From Bugula neritina (taxonomy: Eukaryota; Animalia; Bryozoa), in contig OZ037773.1 of assembly GCA_964035545.1 (NCBI GenBank), positions 8,275,751-8,339,750 of the forward strand: a DNA stretch of 64,000 nt, in the 5' to 3' direction. Shown in pieces: positions 12,501 through 34,168 of the stretch. The notes beneath the pieces are model-generated. The model made no database searches and was not told the origin of the DNA. It saw only the letters and a list, made by a program, of their open reading frames with translations. Within the stretch, counting starts at the first letter, position 1; the number at the start of each line of letters is the position of its first letter. A program made the position numbers and the translations under genes.

Positions 12501-15500
12501 AATTGAATATGATAATCTCAATGAGTATCAGTATCACTATCAACTTCAATACACCATGACCAGCCCCAGGGTCCAGGATCGACTATAACTCTAAGTATAT
12601 CCAAAAATTGTGGTAGAAAATACAGTATAGCCCTTATAAGTTACGTAATTTGTATATAAATATTAATGTTTACCTTGCAACAAATAAACTGCCAGTAAAA
12701 CAAAATTCAATCGTCACTCGACCCGCGGGCTACCCTCGACTTCAGCAATCCAGCGTGATATATTATTTCTTTCAACCCCCTGTAGCTTTTTCCAGTCTTC
12801 GCTGCGTAGTTTTCTAAAGGGGCGTGTCTTTACACAATGCACTTCTTTGAGCAACGAGAGTTTCATTGCACGGCGCCTTGATCATCAAATGAAAATGAAT
12901 GAGGGTGACGTATAGTAGCTCCGTTAATTTTGTGGTAATGTTTTAATAATGTATGGCTACTTCACCAGCTCGTAGCTCAAAGCAGCTGAGTTGCTAACTA
13001 GTGCTTTGTTTGCTTTAAGATCCCTTAGTTAGATGCCTATAACTAGTCTCATCACAACCCGCAGTGACTGCTACTTCAACAGTTTTTACACCAATAGCTT
13101 TTCATAATGGCGCTACTATACTGTTGCCCAATATCCAACACTAATTTATATTTTCAATCCAAACAAAGAGACATAAATAAGAAATAAATCAACTGCACAT
13201 TGAGCATGATACTATTGTAGTACTTAAGCAGTGGCATATTTCAGTGTTGTCTGATATATATAGCTAAAGTTTGTAAGTGCAACCTCTACAGCATAATAAG
13301 CATATTTCAACGTAATGTAAATATATCACTATGAATCATACAAGTTAACAAGCGCTGCTCAAAGCAGTTTCTTGTTCTAGCTTTTTGTCAGCTGTGGCTA
13401 ATAGTGTGAAATTGAACACTCAGCAATTTGACCTACTAATGAGTTTTTGCTTTTGTCAGCATTCATCCTGCATGTAGAATGTAAACAATAAGCTAGTAGT
13501 TGGTTACTAGCATCAGTGCATATATATCTAAACAGGTTAGCACACCACCTTCAAAGTAAAGTAGTTAAATAGAAGAAAAGTGCAATATTAGATAGATATT
13601 TTTCTGTAGCTTCACATCACAATAGTACCAACTGAAAACTTAAATAATAAAAAAAGCCACCCCTTTGTAAAAAAGAGAAATAAATTTTAAACAAATCAAC
13701 AATAATAATTTCACAAAACTCTTTTAGTAATACATTAATTTTATGTTCCTGCTCCGGATAACTACATTTCAAATTAAATTGATGGCAGTTTATTTTCCAT
13801 GGTTACTTTATAATTTTATGCTGGTATACGCAGCATGTTTAAATGGTCACAGAGCGTGTAGAAGCAAAAATTAATCTTTTGAGAACATTTTGATAACAGC
13901 TATACAACTGCTAGAAAGCATTTCACTTTTTTAAATTCCAATAATTTTGCACATGCAGTCACCTATTTCAGCACTAAAGATTGTTTATATGCGACAAAAC
14001 ACATTTTATTTTTAGATGAAACTTTTATTTCATGCCATTTTTATTCTAGCTGAATTAGGCGAAGACAAAGATGAGGCAATTTCTAATAAGCTTTAAATAC
14101 ATCTTGATCTCACCGAAATTCAGCTTATTGAATTATTATCGTAGAGATTATAATCAAGTTTCGTTAAGTTTTTCACAGCCAAACAACTTGCAATAAGTTG
14201 CTTAGTGTGCTAAAAAGATGTTTTTTCCTATATATCACTTTCGCCATACTATCATACACTTATAGCATCTACATAAATCCTGGGGTTTTTCTCTAGTATT
14301 TAGTCATTCTTTGCATTAACAGTTTTACTCAAGATATTTCAATTCAGGCCTCAGCTCCAATATTGTGCTGGGTTGATCATTTAAATACTGAAATTTGCCA
14401 TTTTCTTTCAAATACCATTGGAATAATAACATTACAGAATCTCGATCTCTACGCTAATTCATCAAACCAAATACTTTTGTCACAAGGCAAAGACTGAGAT
14501 TTGAAAATTCACAGAGAAGTATGTATTTGTTCAAAAAATGTCATGCATGTTGAAAAGATTGAGAGCAATGTTTTAGTGATTAGATAGTGGTAGCGACTGC
14601 AGCACAATATAACAATATAGTAGCATTACAGAATGGTGCTAATAAAGTGACGACAAATTTAGTAATTTTGTAAAGTGAGTGTAGCAAAACAACAACCAAT
14701 ATTAAGAATGTGTTGTAGAATATTAGCATAATCAATCCAAATCCTTATGATGGGTTATATGGATAAAAAGTAGGTAGAGGTAAATCAGGTGGAGATAAAG
14801 TAGGTGAAGGCAAATTGCCTTCGGCCCTGTTGAAAATGGCAAAAAGAGCAGCTCCACCAACAGCCAATGCCACGATAGTCCCCACCAACACCAGAAATCC
14901 CAAACCACAGGCCCACCCAGTCCAGCAGAGAGCTTGTTGACGTTTCTTTTGAGAAAGATTAAAACTTCCTCGGCTGTAATCGCCTCTGGCAGCAATCACG
15001 TGCATTAGTCCAATGAGACCACATGGACAGCAAGTGCAGAATATAGAGGCAAGGATGGACATGACATAGAGACAGGTGTATGGCTCCAGCGGGTTCTCAG
15101 TCACCTGTGGAAGAGAAAAAATAGAGCACTTGTTAGCACTTGTCTCTGTGAGTTATGCTGGGAAAAAAACTATAGCTGTCCAGACATCTCTCTTCTGAGC
15201 TGAGAGCATTAGTTCCACAATGTAAACCTTGTAAGGGATGATGAATGATGAAAAGCAAGGCTGGTTTGATGCTGAATAGTAACAGCTTCTGTTACAGTAT
15301 TCTTACTATATGTACTGAAGACTCTGTTGAACCAGGTGGCTGTTGCTGGAGCTCTGTGTAAGGAATATGAGTGGTGTTTCTCTGCTGAGAATTATAATCC
15401 ATGGTGTCTTTTGTGTGTCTGCAACAATACAATATAATAATAATATTGACTCAAAAGTTAAGAGAGCTTATCCACTTATAATATATAATAACAACATAAT

Positions 15501-18500
15501 ATACTATATTGTAGCTAGTAACAGGATACAGACTAGTTTAACAGGAAAACTCGTGCCCAGTTTAAAAAGTTTCTAAATGCTACCTGTTTGGCACCCAGTT
15601 GTTGAGAATACTTATATTTACTTAGTATTTTACCATATACAGTTGAAAAATTAATCATAATGCATAGCAAGCATTTTGCTACACCCACTGAATCACTATA
15701 TATCAGTGAGTGTAACTCAAACTGTCAGTCACAATGATTATTTGATTATCAATTTCATCAATATGAATATGGCTATCTGAATCTCCCCCATTCTAATTTT
15801 TATTCCACTTCACTTGCAGTTTATTGTTTACATTAATGATACCTCTATTCGGTATTCTACACTTAATTCTATAAAATAATATGCTGTATCAGCATGAGTA
15901 CGACTATCACTATATTATTGCTACTTATAGTTATAGTTAATGTTATTAATATTTACATTCAGTTTTACTATACAAAACTGAAAAATCATAAGGTACTACA
16001 ACTACAAGTACAACCAACACTAATACTTTATTAATAGGACAACAGCAAGACTAAGAGTAAGAATAAGAATAACTTTGATATTGGTATTCACTGACATCGA
16101 AATTTTGGCTTATAAAGTGTTTAGTTCTGAAACATGAAAAGGATTTACTCACATTAATAAAGGAGTTATAGCAGCTCGCGTAGGCCTACGCAGTACAGTT
16201 GTGTTCACTCAGCGATTGTTACTGGTCCCCATGTGCTATTCAAGATGTTAATAAAAGATGAATTGAAACAGGAGTGGATACAGAAAACTAGGTTGGTTGG
16301 AGGGGGCAATGACTTTTAACTACTTGTCTAGACTTTTCGACTTCAGAGTGATAACATGTCATTAAATTATCTCCATCTGCAAAATAGCCTGTTTGTAACA
16401 ATCAGCCTAAATATGAAATGCCATGTAGTAACAATAAAATTATATCTGCATAATTTGACACTGCATTGTTATACATGAAGTTATGATAGCCTGTATAAAT
16501 TTGTCTGAGTTACATATGTTTACCATTTAATAATATTAGCTCAGCACTAGAAATTTATGAACATGTTAATAGAAAAAGAGTTAATCACATGCACTAATAA
16601 TCCTACTCTTTTCAGCACTAATGTCATTGTGTTGTCAAGGTATACTCTGTATCCACTCCTGGGTTTATGTTTGTGGTAGTCATCATTCAGTTATGCAGCC
16701 AACAGTTTGATACGGTCTCCCAATGAGACCTTATAGGCGGGATTTCACAACGCAGTTGCCTCGCATACTATGTTAACATCTAAACCCCAACTCTACGTTA
16801 TAGTAAGACTAGTTGTTACTACTAGCCTATGCTGATTCCACTTACTGCTAATTACACTGCTAATTCCACAGGATGTACAGCTATGTAGTTTGTCATAAAT
16901 AACCTGAATATGGAGATTGAAATATCATAGGCTATAGTACTTTCTAAGAGGGTAGGGTAGTTGAGTGTTGTGTGCTAACTTTCTCGTATATGATTGAGCT
17001 AGAGTCTGTGATCAGTAAATGTATTAACTAAGGTTATGCTGGTTTCCACAGGACTCATAGTGTCTCATTATCTTAGTCCACGAAATCTATTGAAATTTGG
17101 GGAGACAATTCCTCAGATTTCTTCCTCCATTTTATAGATAGCTATTCAACTGCAGCAACTGAACAACTTTAATATTTCATGTGCAGCATCTGATACCCCA
17201 ATGTGAAATGAAATTTCAATCGCCATGTTTCACTAACTACGACATGGCTGTTTTTACATATATTCTAATTCTCTCCATGGGCTAAATTTTTTACGGGTTT
17301 ATAATTGAACTGTATAATATAACCATAATACAGCTGGCTCATGTTCTTAGTTTAAAATGTATAATCCTTCGAAATTTTGTTATGATATATCATCATAATA
17401 TTATAGTTATTGTGAATGAAATTACTGAGGTTATTTGAAATGTTTTTACACACCAAATTTTAGACCTCAATCCTTGCGCCATCTTTATAGTGTAAATACA
17501 TGTAGAATAATATTATAATATATTGTATTGCTTCAATATATTCTGTTACATTATTACTTTTATTGTTTGTTCAATAGTTCACCCCATGCACTGTAATATA
17601 AAGGGTTGACAACTCCCTTAAACTAAGTTTGTATTGCAGGAGTCTGAATGTAAGAAGGACACCGAGAACGTAAAGTATGGGGCAGACACACACGTAGCCG
17701 ACTTTTCTCGAGAGTTTGAGAATAAACAGGCTACCTTCAACATTGAAATCAACACCGCAGTGAGTATAAACAAATACATCATGTATAAAGGGGAAGCAAC
17801 CTCATAGCTATAGTGACTAATGTGGCATATATTTACTTTGTTGTAGAAAGCGCAAGCAGAATTGGCGTATGACTTACAGAAGTCTAAAACTCAACAGGAA
17901 ATTGTAAAAGAGGAAGTGCAAATAGACATCGTGGAGAGGAGAAAACTTGTGGATGTTGAAGAGAAAGAAATACTCAGGTTTGAAGTTGTATAATATATTA
18001 CAAACAATTTTCAACAAATTCTGTTATATTGAAATCAATTTAAGGGATTCAAGAGTTTGCAAACAATTTATATGCTACATGTAAAGCTTGTTGAGCTGAT
18101 CTAAATAGATAAATAAATCAATTGATATAATTTCAAAAATTCTATAAAATCACTTCGAGTATACAAAATTTCAATAATGATAATGATAATATTTTGAGTT
18201 TGATTGCTTAAATTCAGCACTTTTTTCGAGACAGTTTTAAACTTAATTATCTAATGTTAACATTTTAGCTGCCGTATCTTAAGTTTGTTGCTAGAAAGGA
18301 TACTTATTGTTTAGTATATCCTGTAGTATTATTACAAGATTGCCTGTAGTGTTCACATGTACTAATAGTTTGTATGGAATGTGATTCAGTATACATTGCT
18401 GTTTGTCAGTTGAGAAATAGTAGACATTTGCAACTATATATTATCTATTCCTGGGAATAGAAAACAATTAGAGTTTTGAGAAGTAGAGTGCAAATCTGTC

Positions 18501-20552
18501 AATTAAATTAACTGTATGACTGAGCCATGTTGTTCCTATACTTGATGGGTAGGAGAGAGAAAGAGCTGGTAGCTACTGTCAGGAAAGCTGCAGAAGCTGA
18601 GGGATATAAATTAGAAAGGATAGCTGAAGGTCAAAGGTTAGCCATGCTATTCCACCTGTTGTGGATTTATCCTTCCTATAATACTGCTGCATTAGCATTA
18701 GAGTCACTGTTAGTGTTCAATATATTATAGCAAGATTTCCTTTTTTATTTCTTGTTTCTATTTCAAACTGTTCAGTTTTTTGGTGCAGAGTTGTTATAAA
18801 TTGCTATGCAACATACAAGTACTGATAAACTATACGTTATATACTTTATGAAACACTTACTACCTTTTTATAGAAGCTGTATTTAGATTCAAGATTCTTA
18901 TTACCTCAGACTTAACACTCTACCCTGGAAAGTTACTTTCGACACTTGGTTATAAGTTATCACAAACACACTTTTTGGAATCCAATACTGAATTGCAGTT
19001 ATTACCAGTTAAACTGTATAGCTATCATCAGTTAAACTGTATATAGTTATTACCAGTTAAACTATATATAGTTATTACCAGTTAAACTGTATAGTTATCA
19101 TCAGTTAAACTATATATAGTTATTACCAGTTAAACTGTATATAGTTATCATCAGTTAAACTGTATATAGTTATTACCAGTTAAATTATATATAGTTATTA
19201 CCAGTTAAACTGTATATAGTTATTACCAGTTAAATTATATATAGTTATTACCAGTTAAACTGTATATAGTTATTACCAGTTAAACTATATATAGTTATAT
19301 CACAGATTTCAGAAGATTGCCGAAGCCACTGGACAGGCAGAAGGAATAAAGCTGATTGGCGAATCAGAGGGCTCCAGAATAGCCAATGTAGGAAAAGCAG
19401 AAGCCGAGAACCTAAGGCTAAAGGCTGAGGCCTTCAAACGCTATGGGAATTCTGCTATTTCATCAATAATAGTCAATAAGTTGCCACTGGTATGTGTATA
19501 GTTACAGTGTATAGTTACAGTGTATAGTCACAGTGTATAGTTACAGTGTATATAGTTACAGTGTATATAGCTACAGTACATAGTTATAGTATAAGCTACA
19601 GTACATAGTTATAGTATAAGCTACAGTACATAGTTATACGAACTATTAGCTACGGCTACAATACATAGTATTAAGACAGATGTTGTATGACCTTGACCTG
19701 ACTGTAGATAGCCGCAGAGATAGCCCAGCCCCTCTCTAAAATAGATGAGATAGTCATACTGGGAGATGACAGAGTGTCGTCTGAAGTCACTAAACTCATC
19801 TCTAACCTCCCTCCCTCTGTTCAGGCTCTCACCGGCAAAAATATTTCTCAGGTGTGAATTCGGCCGCTATGAGTAAAATGTGCTCAAAGTTATTAAAAGT
19901 GGTTGTTAATTTAATGTGTTGTAGTTTTTTATATTTGTCTTTCAACCATTTAAAATGCTGTCCACCGAAACTTCTCCAGCTGTCAACATGGCACATGGAC
20001 TCCAAACAAGCTATGAAGTATGAAACTAGCTGCATGTAATACAATAGTAACTGGGTGATAGCTATGAGAGCACAATTAAAAGCTTAAGTAGTAGTAGTAA
20101 TAATACCCAGTCTAGATGCTGAATTTAATTATTTAAAATTAAAAACTTAAATTTATTTTTAAATTAGTTTTGCCAAAAATGTTATGTAGTGGAGAATGTT
20201 TTCTAATTTCCACAGCTTGTCTATAATCTATACATTGCATATAATGTGTACAAGAGTATATGTTTAGTTGTCAACTAGAATGGGCTTTTGATGGGTTTTA
20301 GTGCGTGATTTTTTGAGAACATATTATGCTGAAATCACATATAAAGTAAATGGTGAACTTATAATAACTAAGCCACACTTATCATTATAGTATTATATGA
20401 ATCTATATGTTAAACAGATACATGATAATTTAGACTCAATGATGTTTGTGCTATGCAGTACATTTAATGCTTTATGGTGCATATATTTATTTGATCTATT
20501 TCAGTTGATATCTGAAGTGTCTACTGGATCAGTAAATGCACCTCACTGGTGA
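579..20552 (+). CDS. FLOT2: Flotillin-2 (reggie-1), 12 coding exons, 428 aa
   Basis: GT-AG exons with consistent phases: 579-627, 1745-1823, 2177-2273, 5494-5611, 6737-6854, 9832-9946, 17640-17759, 17847-17977, 18553-18636, 19306-19489, 19708-19851, 20505-20552 (1287 nt). Peptide MGQINVTGPNEAIVVSGG..GGWIWSW..EGVPLTVTGVA..ACEQFLG..TLEGHLRCILGSLTVEQVYRDRDEFAKLVRDVASPDLGRMGIEILSFTIRDV..YLSSLG..AEAERDA follows flotillin-2 throughout. AATAAA at 20705-20710. Confidence 0.95.
4550..4763 (+). mobile_element. tRNA-derived SINE in flotillin intron 3
   Basis: A-box-like TGGACTAGGGG and B box GGTTCGAACC (4606-4615). Flanked by an 18-bp direct repeat TTACTTGATGCATCAACT (4532-4549, 4764-4781) interpreted as the TSD. 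Confidence 0.85.
6495..6731. repeat. ~30-bp minisatellite abutting the flotillin exon 5 acceptor
   Basis: About 8 degenerate TGACCCTGTGTTRAATA..CTACAATATTAT units ending just before the AG at 6735-6736. Confidence 0.8.
8367..8670. mobile_element. hAT-type MITE
   Basis: Imperfect TIRs CAGGACTGTCCAAC ... GTTGGACACCCCTG. 8-bp TSD AATTACGC (8359-8366) / AATTACAC (8671-8678), 7 of 8 matching. Confidence 0.75.
8727..9851 (+). repeat. 25 x 45-bp tandem array of the flotillin exon-6 splice acceptor plus the first 20 exonic nt
   Basis: Unit (C/G)ACATGTGTCCTCT(G/T)TATTATGTAG|AGATGTGTCAGACAATGTAG; 1125 bp = 25 units. The last unit runs directly into exon 6 (EYLSSLG...). Confidence 0.95.
10809..11839 (-). 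CDS. CD225/dispanin (IFITM/PRRT-like) membrane protein, copy A, nested in flotillin intron 6
   Basis: Exons 11839-11723 (MASFQKHQ...VNL, GTAAGA donor) and 11102-10809 (TTCCACAG acceptor), phase 0. CD225 pattern: P.YT..SILASIFCTCCPCGLIGL...ARADYSRG...second hydrophobic helix. Confidence 0.85.
12284..12366. repeat. Palindromic hairpin, possibly a tiny MITE
   Basis: GTGAGGTGCAAAACAAG-TTTAAAG-CTTGTTTGGCACCTCAC (1 mismatch), extended outward by TGAGTGATGAG / CTCATCACTCA. Confidence 0.55.
14745..15402 (-). CDS. CD225/dispanin membrane protein, copy B, nested in flotillin intron 6
   Basis: Exons 15402-15307 (MDYNSQQRNTTHIPYTELQQQPPGSTESSVHI, GTAAGA donor) and 15104-14745. CD225 exon about 96% identical to copy A, with a Pro-rich C-tail. 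Probable 5'UTR exon ending at the GTGAGT donor near 16152. Confidence 0.85.
16269..16661. mobile_element. MITE-like element with perfect 16-bp TIRs
   Basis: CAGGAGTGGATACAGA (16269-16284) / TCTGTATCCACTCCTG (16646-16661). No clear TSD. Confidence 0.55.
18997..19298. repeat. ~25-bp minisatellite before flotillin exon 10
   Basis: About 12 copies of AGTTATTACCAGTTAAACTGTATAT. Confidence 0.9.
19494..19670. repeat. Short tandem repeats filling flotillin intron 10
   Basis: GTGTATAGTTACA and GCTACAGTACATAGTTATAGTATAA units. Confidence 0.8.
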
Positions 20553-20762
20553 TACGCAGATACCCACCCGGTCTCATATAGAATGCTGTTTACAATACAT
20601 AGATTTATTTTTCTGTTACGTGCTTATTGTTCATATTTGTTGAGTTTTATTATTTATGCAGCATGTTTCATCTATAATTTAGAATTTTAAATAGAAAAAA
20701 ATTAAATAAATTAACAAAGTGCATTCTGTACATAAGGGATGCCAAACTCTAAAAGCCGTAAA

Positions 20763-20886
20763 CTTGCCAGTACCTGAGTACAGTGTCAGTGACACTTGTC
20801 AACATCTGAGTAAGGTGTCAGTGGCACTTGTCAACATTTGAGTAAGGTGTCAGTGGCACTTGTCAACATTTGAGTAAGGTATCAGT
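20763..20886. repeat. ~31-bp tandem repeat, about 4 copies, downstream of flotillin
   Basis: CTTGTCAACATTTGAGTAAGGTGTCAGTGGCA units. Confidence 0.8.
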
Positions 20887-22026
20887 AATGCTAACAGGAA
20901 ATAGCTTTACAATTACTTAGTTGAGAGACGAAATATTCTGCTAATATTTGCAACCAAGGATTGGCAGAATATTTAATGCAGATTCATGGGAAGAGTTTCT
21001 CATAACAGCTATACACTCACCATAGAGTGTATGCAGCAACGTTTTAGTAATCAACTTTTATCACTAAATATTGGATACACTATACATGGGCACATCAGCC
21101 TAAATCACTAGATATAAAAGTATTAAGATGACTGCTTATCTGTTGAGACATAAATGCTGTTTGTCAATCTAATTGCTCAAAGCCAAACGGTCTGCTTTGT
21201 TCTGTTTCACAAAAAAAACCATTTTTGGTAAAGTAAAATGAGCTTCTATTTTAAAGCAAGTACATCAAAACAAATTGAAAAGCTGCACACATTGTGGTCT
21301 ACTCACATGAAGCCTATGACCGCATACCCAGCTGACAACAATCACTTGGATAGATATAGTATCCACAAAATGTTGATACAAAAATAGATGCGAAAAAAGC
21401 TAATGGTTTTTCCAAGTAGTTTAATACAAAAGCATTAATTAGAGTTGAAAAATAAAATAAACACTAGTTTGCTTTTGATTTCTCCGCAATAACATAAGAA
21501 TTTTAGATTAAAAAATAGTTCATAATATAGATGAGAAGTTTAGTATTATGACAAAATCTTGATTAAATCTACAATGCTACTTTTAATTCAAATTGACACC
21601 CTTTTATCTTTCAGCATCAACTACAACCATCTATAAACAAAAATAATCATATTCAACTACAAACAACATCAATAAATATAATAAACCACCAACAAAAATA
21701 TAATATGCATATTATGCCTAGAACATGAGATGGAGCATACATGTAAAATTAAAGTAGGGAATTGCAATTGTGTGTGTGCGGGATCGCGCGTATTTATATC
21801 TGCATACTAGTAGAACTGACTAGCTGTGAATGGTGAATATTATGAAGTAAGTATACAAAAATAAGTAAATTTAAATAGCAGATACAATAACTAGGAAGAA
21901 TAAAATACATGATGCCAGCAGTTAACATAGGAATGTTGGCTAGTTTGCAATATTTCACTGTAACTAAGTACACAGGATAGTAAGCAAGTAAATATGCAGG
22001 TAAGTAGATATGGCGCATCGAAAGTG

Positions 22027-32223
<10,197 letters not shown>

Positions 32224-32389
32224 GTTGAATACCACTTTGCCGAGGCTAAGATTTGTTTATATCTGCAAATTAACAGTAAAAAGCTGGCTTCTAGCAAGAG
32301 AAAAAGCATATTACATGTAAAAGTCTGTCAAAAACAATGGACACATCTGGACTGGTCCAACACACATTCTAATCAGAACACAGGCTTTC

Positions 32390-32602
32390 TGTTAGATTAC
32401 CACAATGTAATAGTATGTCTTACCAGTGATAAAGCTGCTAGATGAAAGAGACCGTTCACTCTGTTTGTCTGGGTTTTATCTGCCTTAGCTTGTAGCTATC
32501 TCAGCTATACGGTGGCTGGTAGGGCAACTCTTAGTAACACGATAGCTCAAGTATCTGATAGGCTATTGTCATTAGCTAAACTCTCAGCGTACCACTATAA
32601 CA
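32390..32602 (-). repeat. 3' LTR
   Basis: Identical by eye to 35881-36093; preceded on the minus strand by the PPT (32603-32616). Confidence 0.95.
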
Positions 32603-32939
32603 TGCCCCCTTCCAATAAAGGCTGGTGACCACCTGCTAAAACTAAGCATTTCAATTACATACTATTTCTAAAAGCTATAAGCTGATGAGTACCACATGTC
32701 TGTGGGTAAACTTACTCACCTCTATATGCCAGAAACTGTAAACACAAGCTTTAACTATTTGTAATTTAGTAGTTCGCGAGTCAGTGTGTCGTTGAGTGTG
32801 TGAGTAAATAAGTAGGTGAGTAAGTTAGGTGAGTAGGTTGTTTAGTGTGTCGGTAAGTGTGTAAGTAAGTGAGTTGGGATCGGAGGATGTTCCCACCCTC
32901 TTCTCCCTCAGTCTCAGTTGCCTGAGACTGACCAGAACC

Positions 32940-33980
32940 TCAATGCAGTGCTTCGGGATTAGAAGATGTTTCCATCTTCACCTCCCCAGTCTCAGTTGCC
33001 TGAGGCTGACTAGGGCTGTAGGTCGGTCTCAGACCAAGGTCTGAACCACCATGTACACCGGGGGTCTGGGGCTCTACGGCCATTGACTCCTCCCAAGTGT
33101 CGTCCCGAGGGCGACCTGGGGTCGGCGACTCCTCTACGGCCTTTGACTCCTCCTGGTTACCACTGGGACCTTTCGCAACTGTGGTTGCAGGGTTTAGTAT
33201 TGTGCTACCCAACCCTCTGGAATGCACGTTGGCCACGCTGGCCCAGTTTTCGATTGCTACTTTCATAGCCATTGAGCACTGATACTTCTTTTCCAAGAGA
33301 CTCTCTCGCTCACTGATCTCTTCCATTTGCCTGTTGAACTTTCGTTGAAGTTCTTGTTTTTTCCTATTTAATTCCTCTTTCCTTAGTGCCTAAGCCTCCC
33401 CATCCAGGAAGTCGCACCCCGTCAAGCCATTCAGGAACCCTGAAACTTCACTGACAATAACATTTTTAGGCTTTAATGCATGAACATAGCTTGATGATGT
33501 AGCTACACCACCAGAGGCAACACTTGCATAGTTTGATTTCTGACTACCTGAAACCTTGGCTAATTTTGGTGCTGGATCTTGAGAGTCAACACCATTAACA
33601 GCCTTCCGCTTGAAGCTAGAAGGTGCGTGACTACAGTCTGAGGTTGTGTGTTCGGCTGCGACACAACACCAACTGCAATAGGCTTCTCTGCAGTCTTCCA
33701 CCCAATTACCTTTCTGCCCACACCTGTAACACTTATTATTGGGACAGTCTCGGGCAGGGTGATCCCTGAAGCATCTACAGATGGCACACCTAATTGTGCC
33801 CTTGTTGCCACATACCTCATGTGGCTTCTTAAGCTTAGCCTTATCTTCTGTATTCTTGGGCTTACCCTGGGGGTTAGCTACTTTTACCGTTTCTTTATGT
33901 TTCCCTGAGGGTCCGGCTTTAGACCAAGAGTCCATGTCGGGTTCCCCTATACTTTCCTTCTCTTTCTCACTATTGCTCAT
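32940..33980 (-). CDS. Extra LTR-element ORF: triple zinc-knuckle plus coiled-coil protein, interrupted by one in-frame TAG
   Basis: ORFs 33980-33390 and 33326-32940 are in the same frame, joined by 21 open codons after the TAG at 33392-33390. Knuckles CAICRCFRDHPARDC, CYRCGQKGNWVEDC, CSWCCVAAEHTTSDC. Confidence 0.65.
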
Positions 33981-34168
33981 TGTTTGTCTCTTTCTCTATC
34001 TATATATTGTTTTTCTCAAGTTTTCTAAAACGATATCTATAAAAACACATTATTATTTATACCTCTGCATGTTTAGTCTATTAGGAGGTTTGCTTAGTCT
34101 CCCCGTCTAGTATGCGTAATTTCTCCTTGTTCAGGAGGAAATAACTTGCTGTCATTGCCATCATATAG

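Noticed and set aside
12411-14170. Possible second TTAA-type transposon
   Set aside because: Only one plausible terminus seen; no matching TIR found.
19690-19707. U12-like branch point CCTTGAC
   Set aside because: The intron's donor GTATGT is U2-type.
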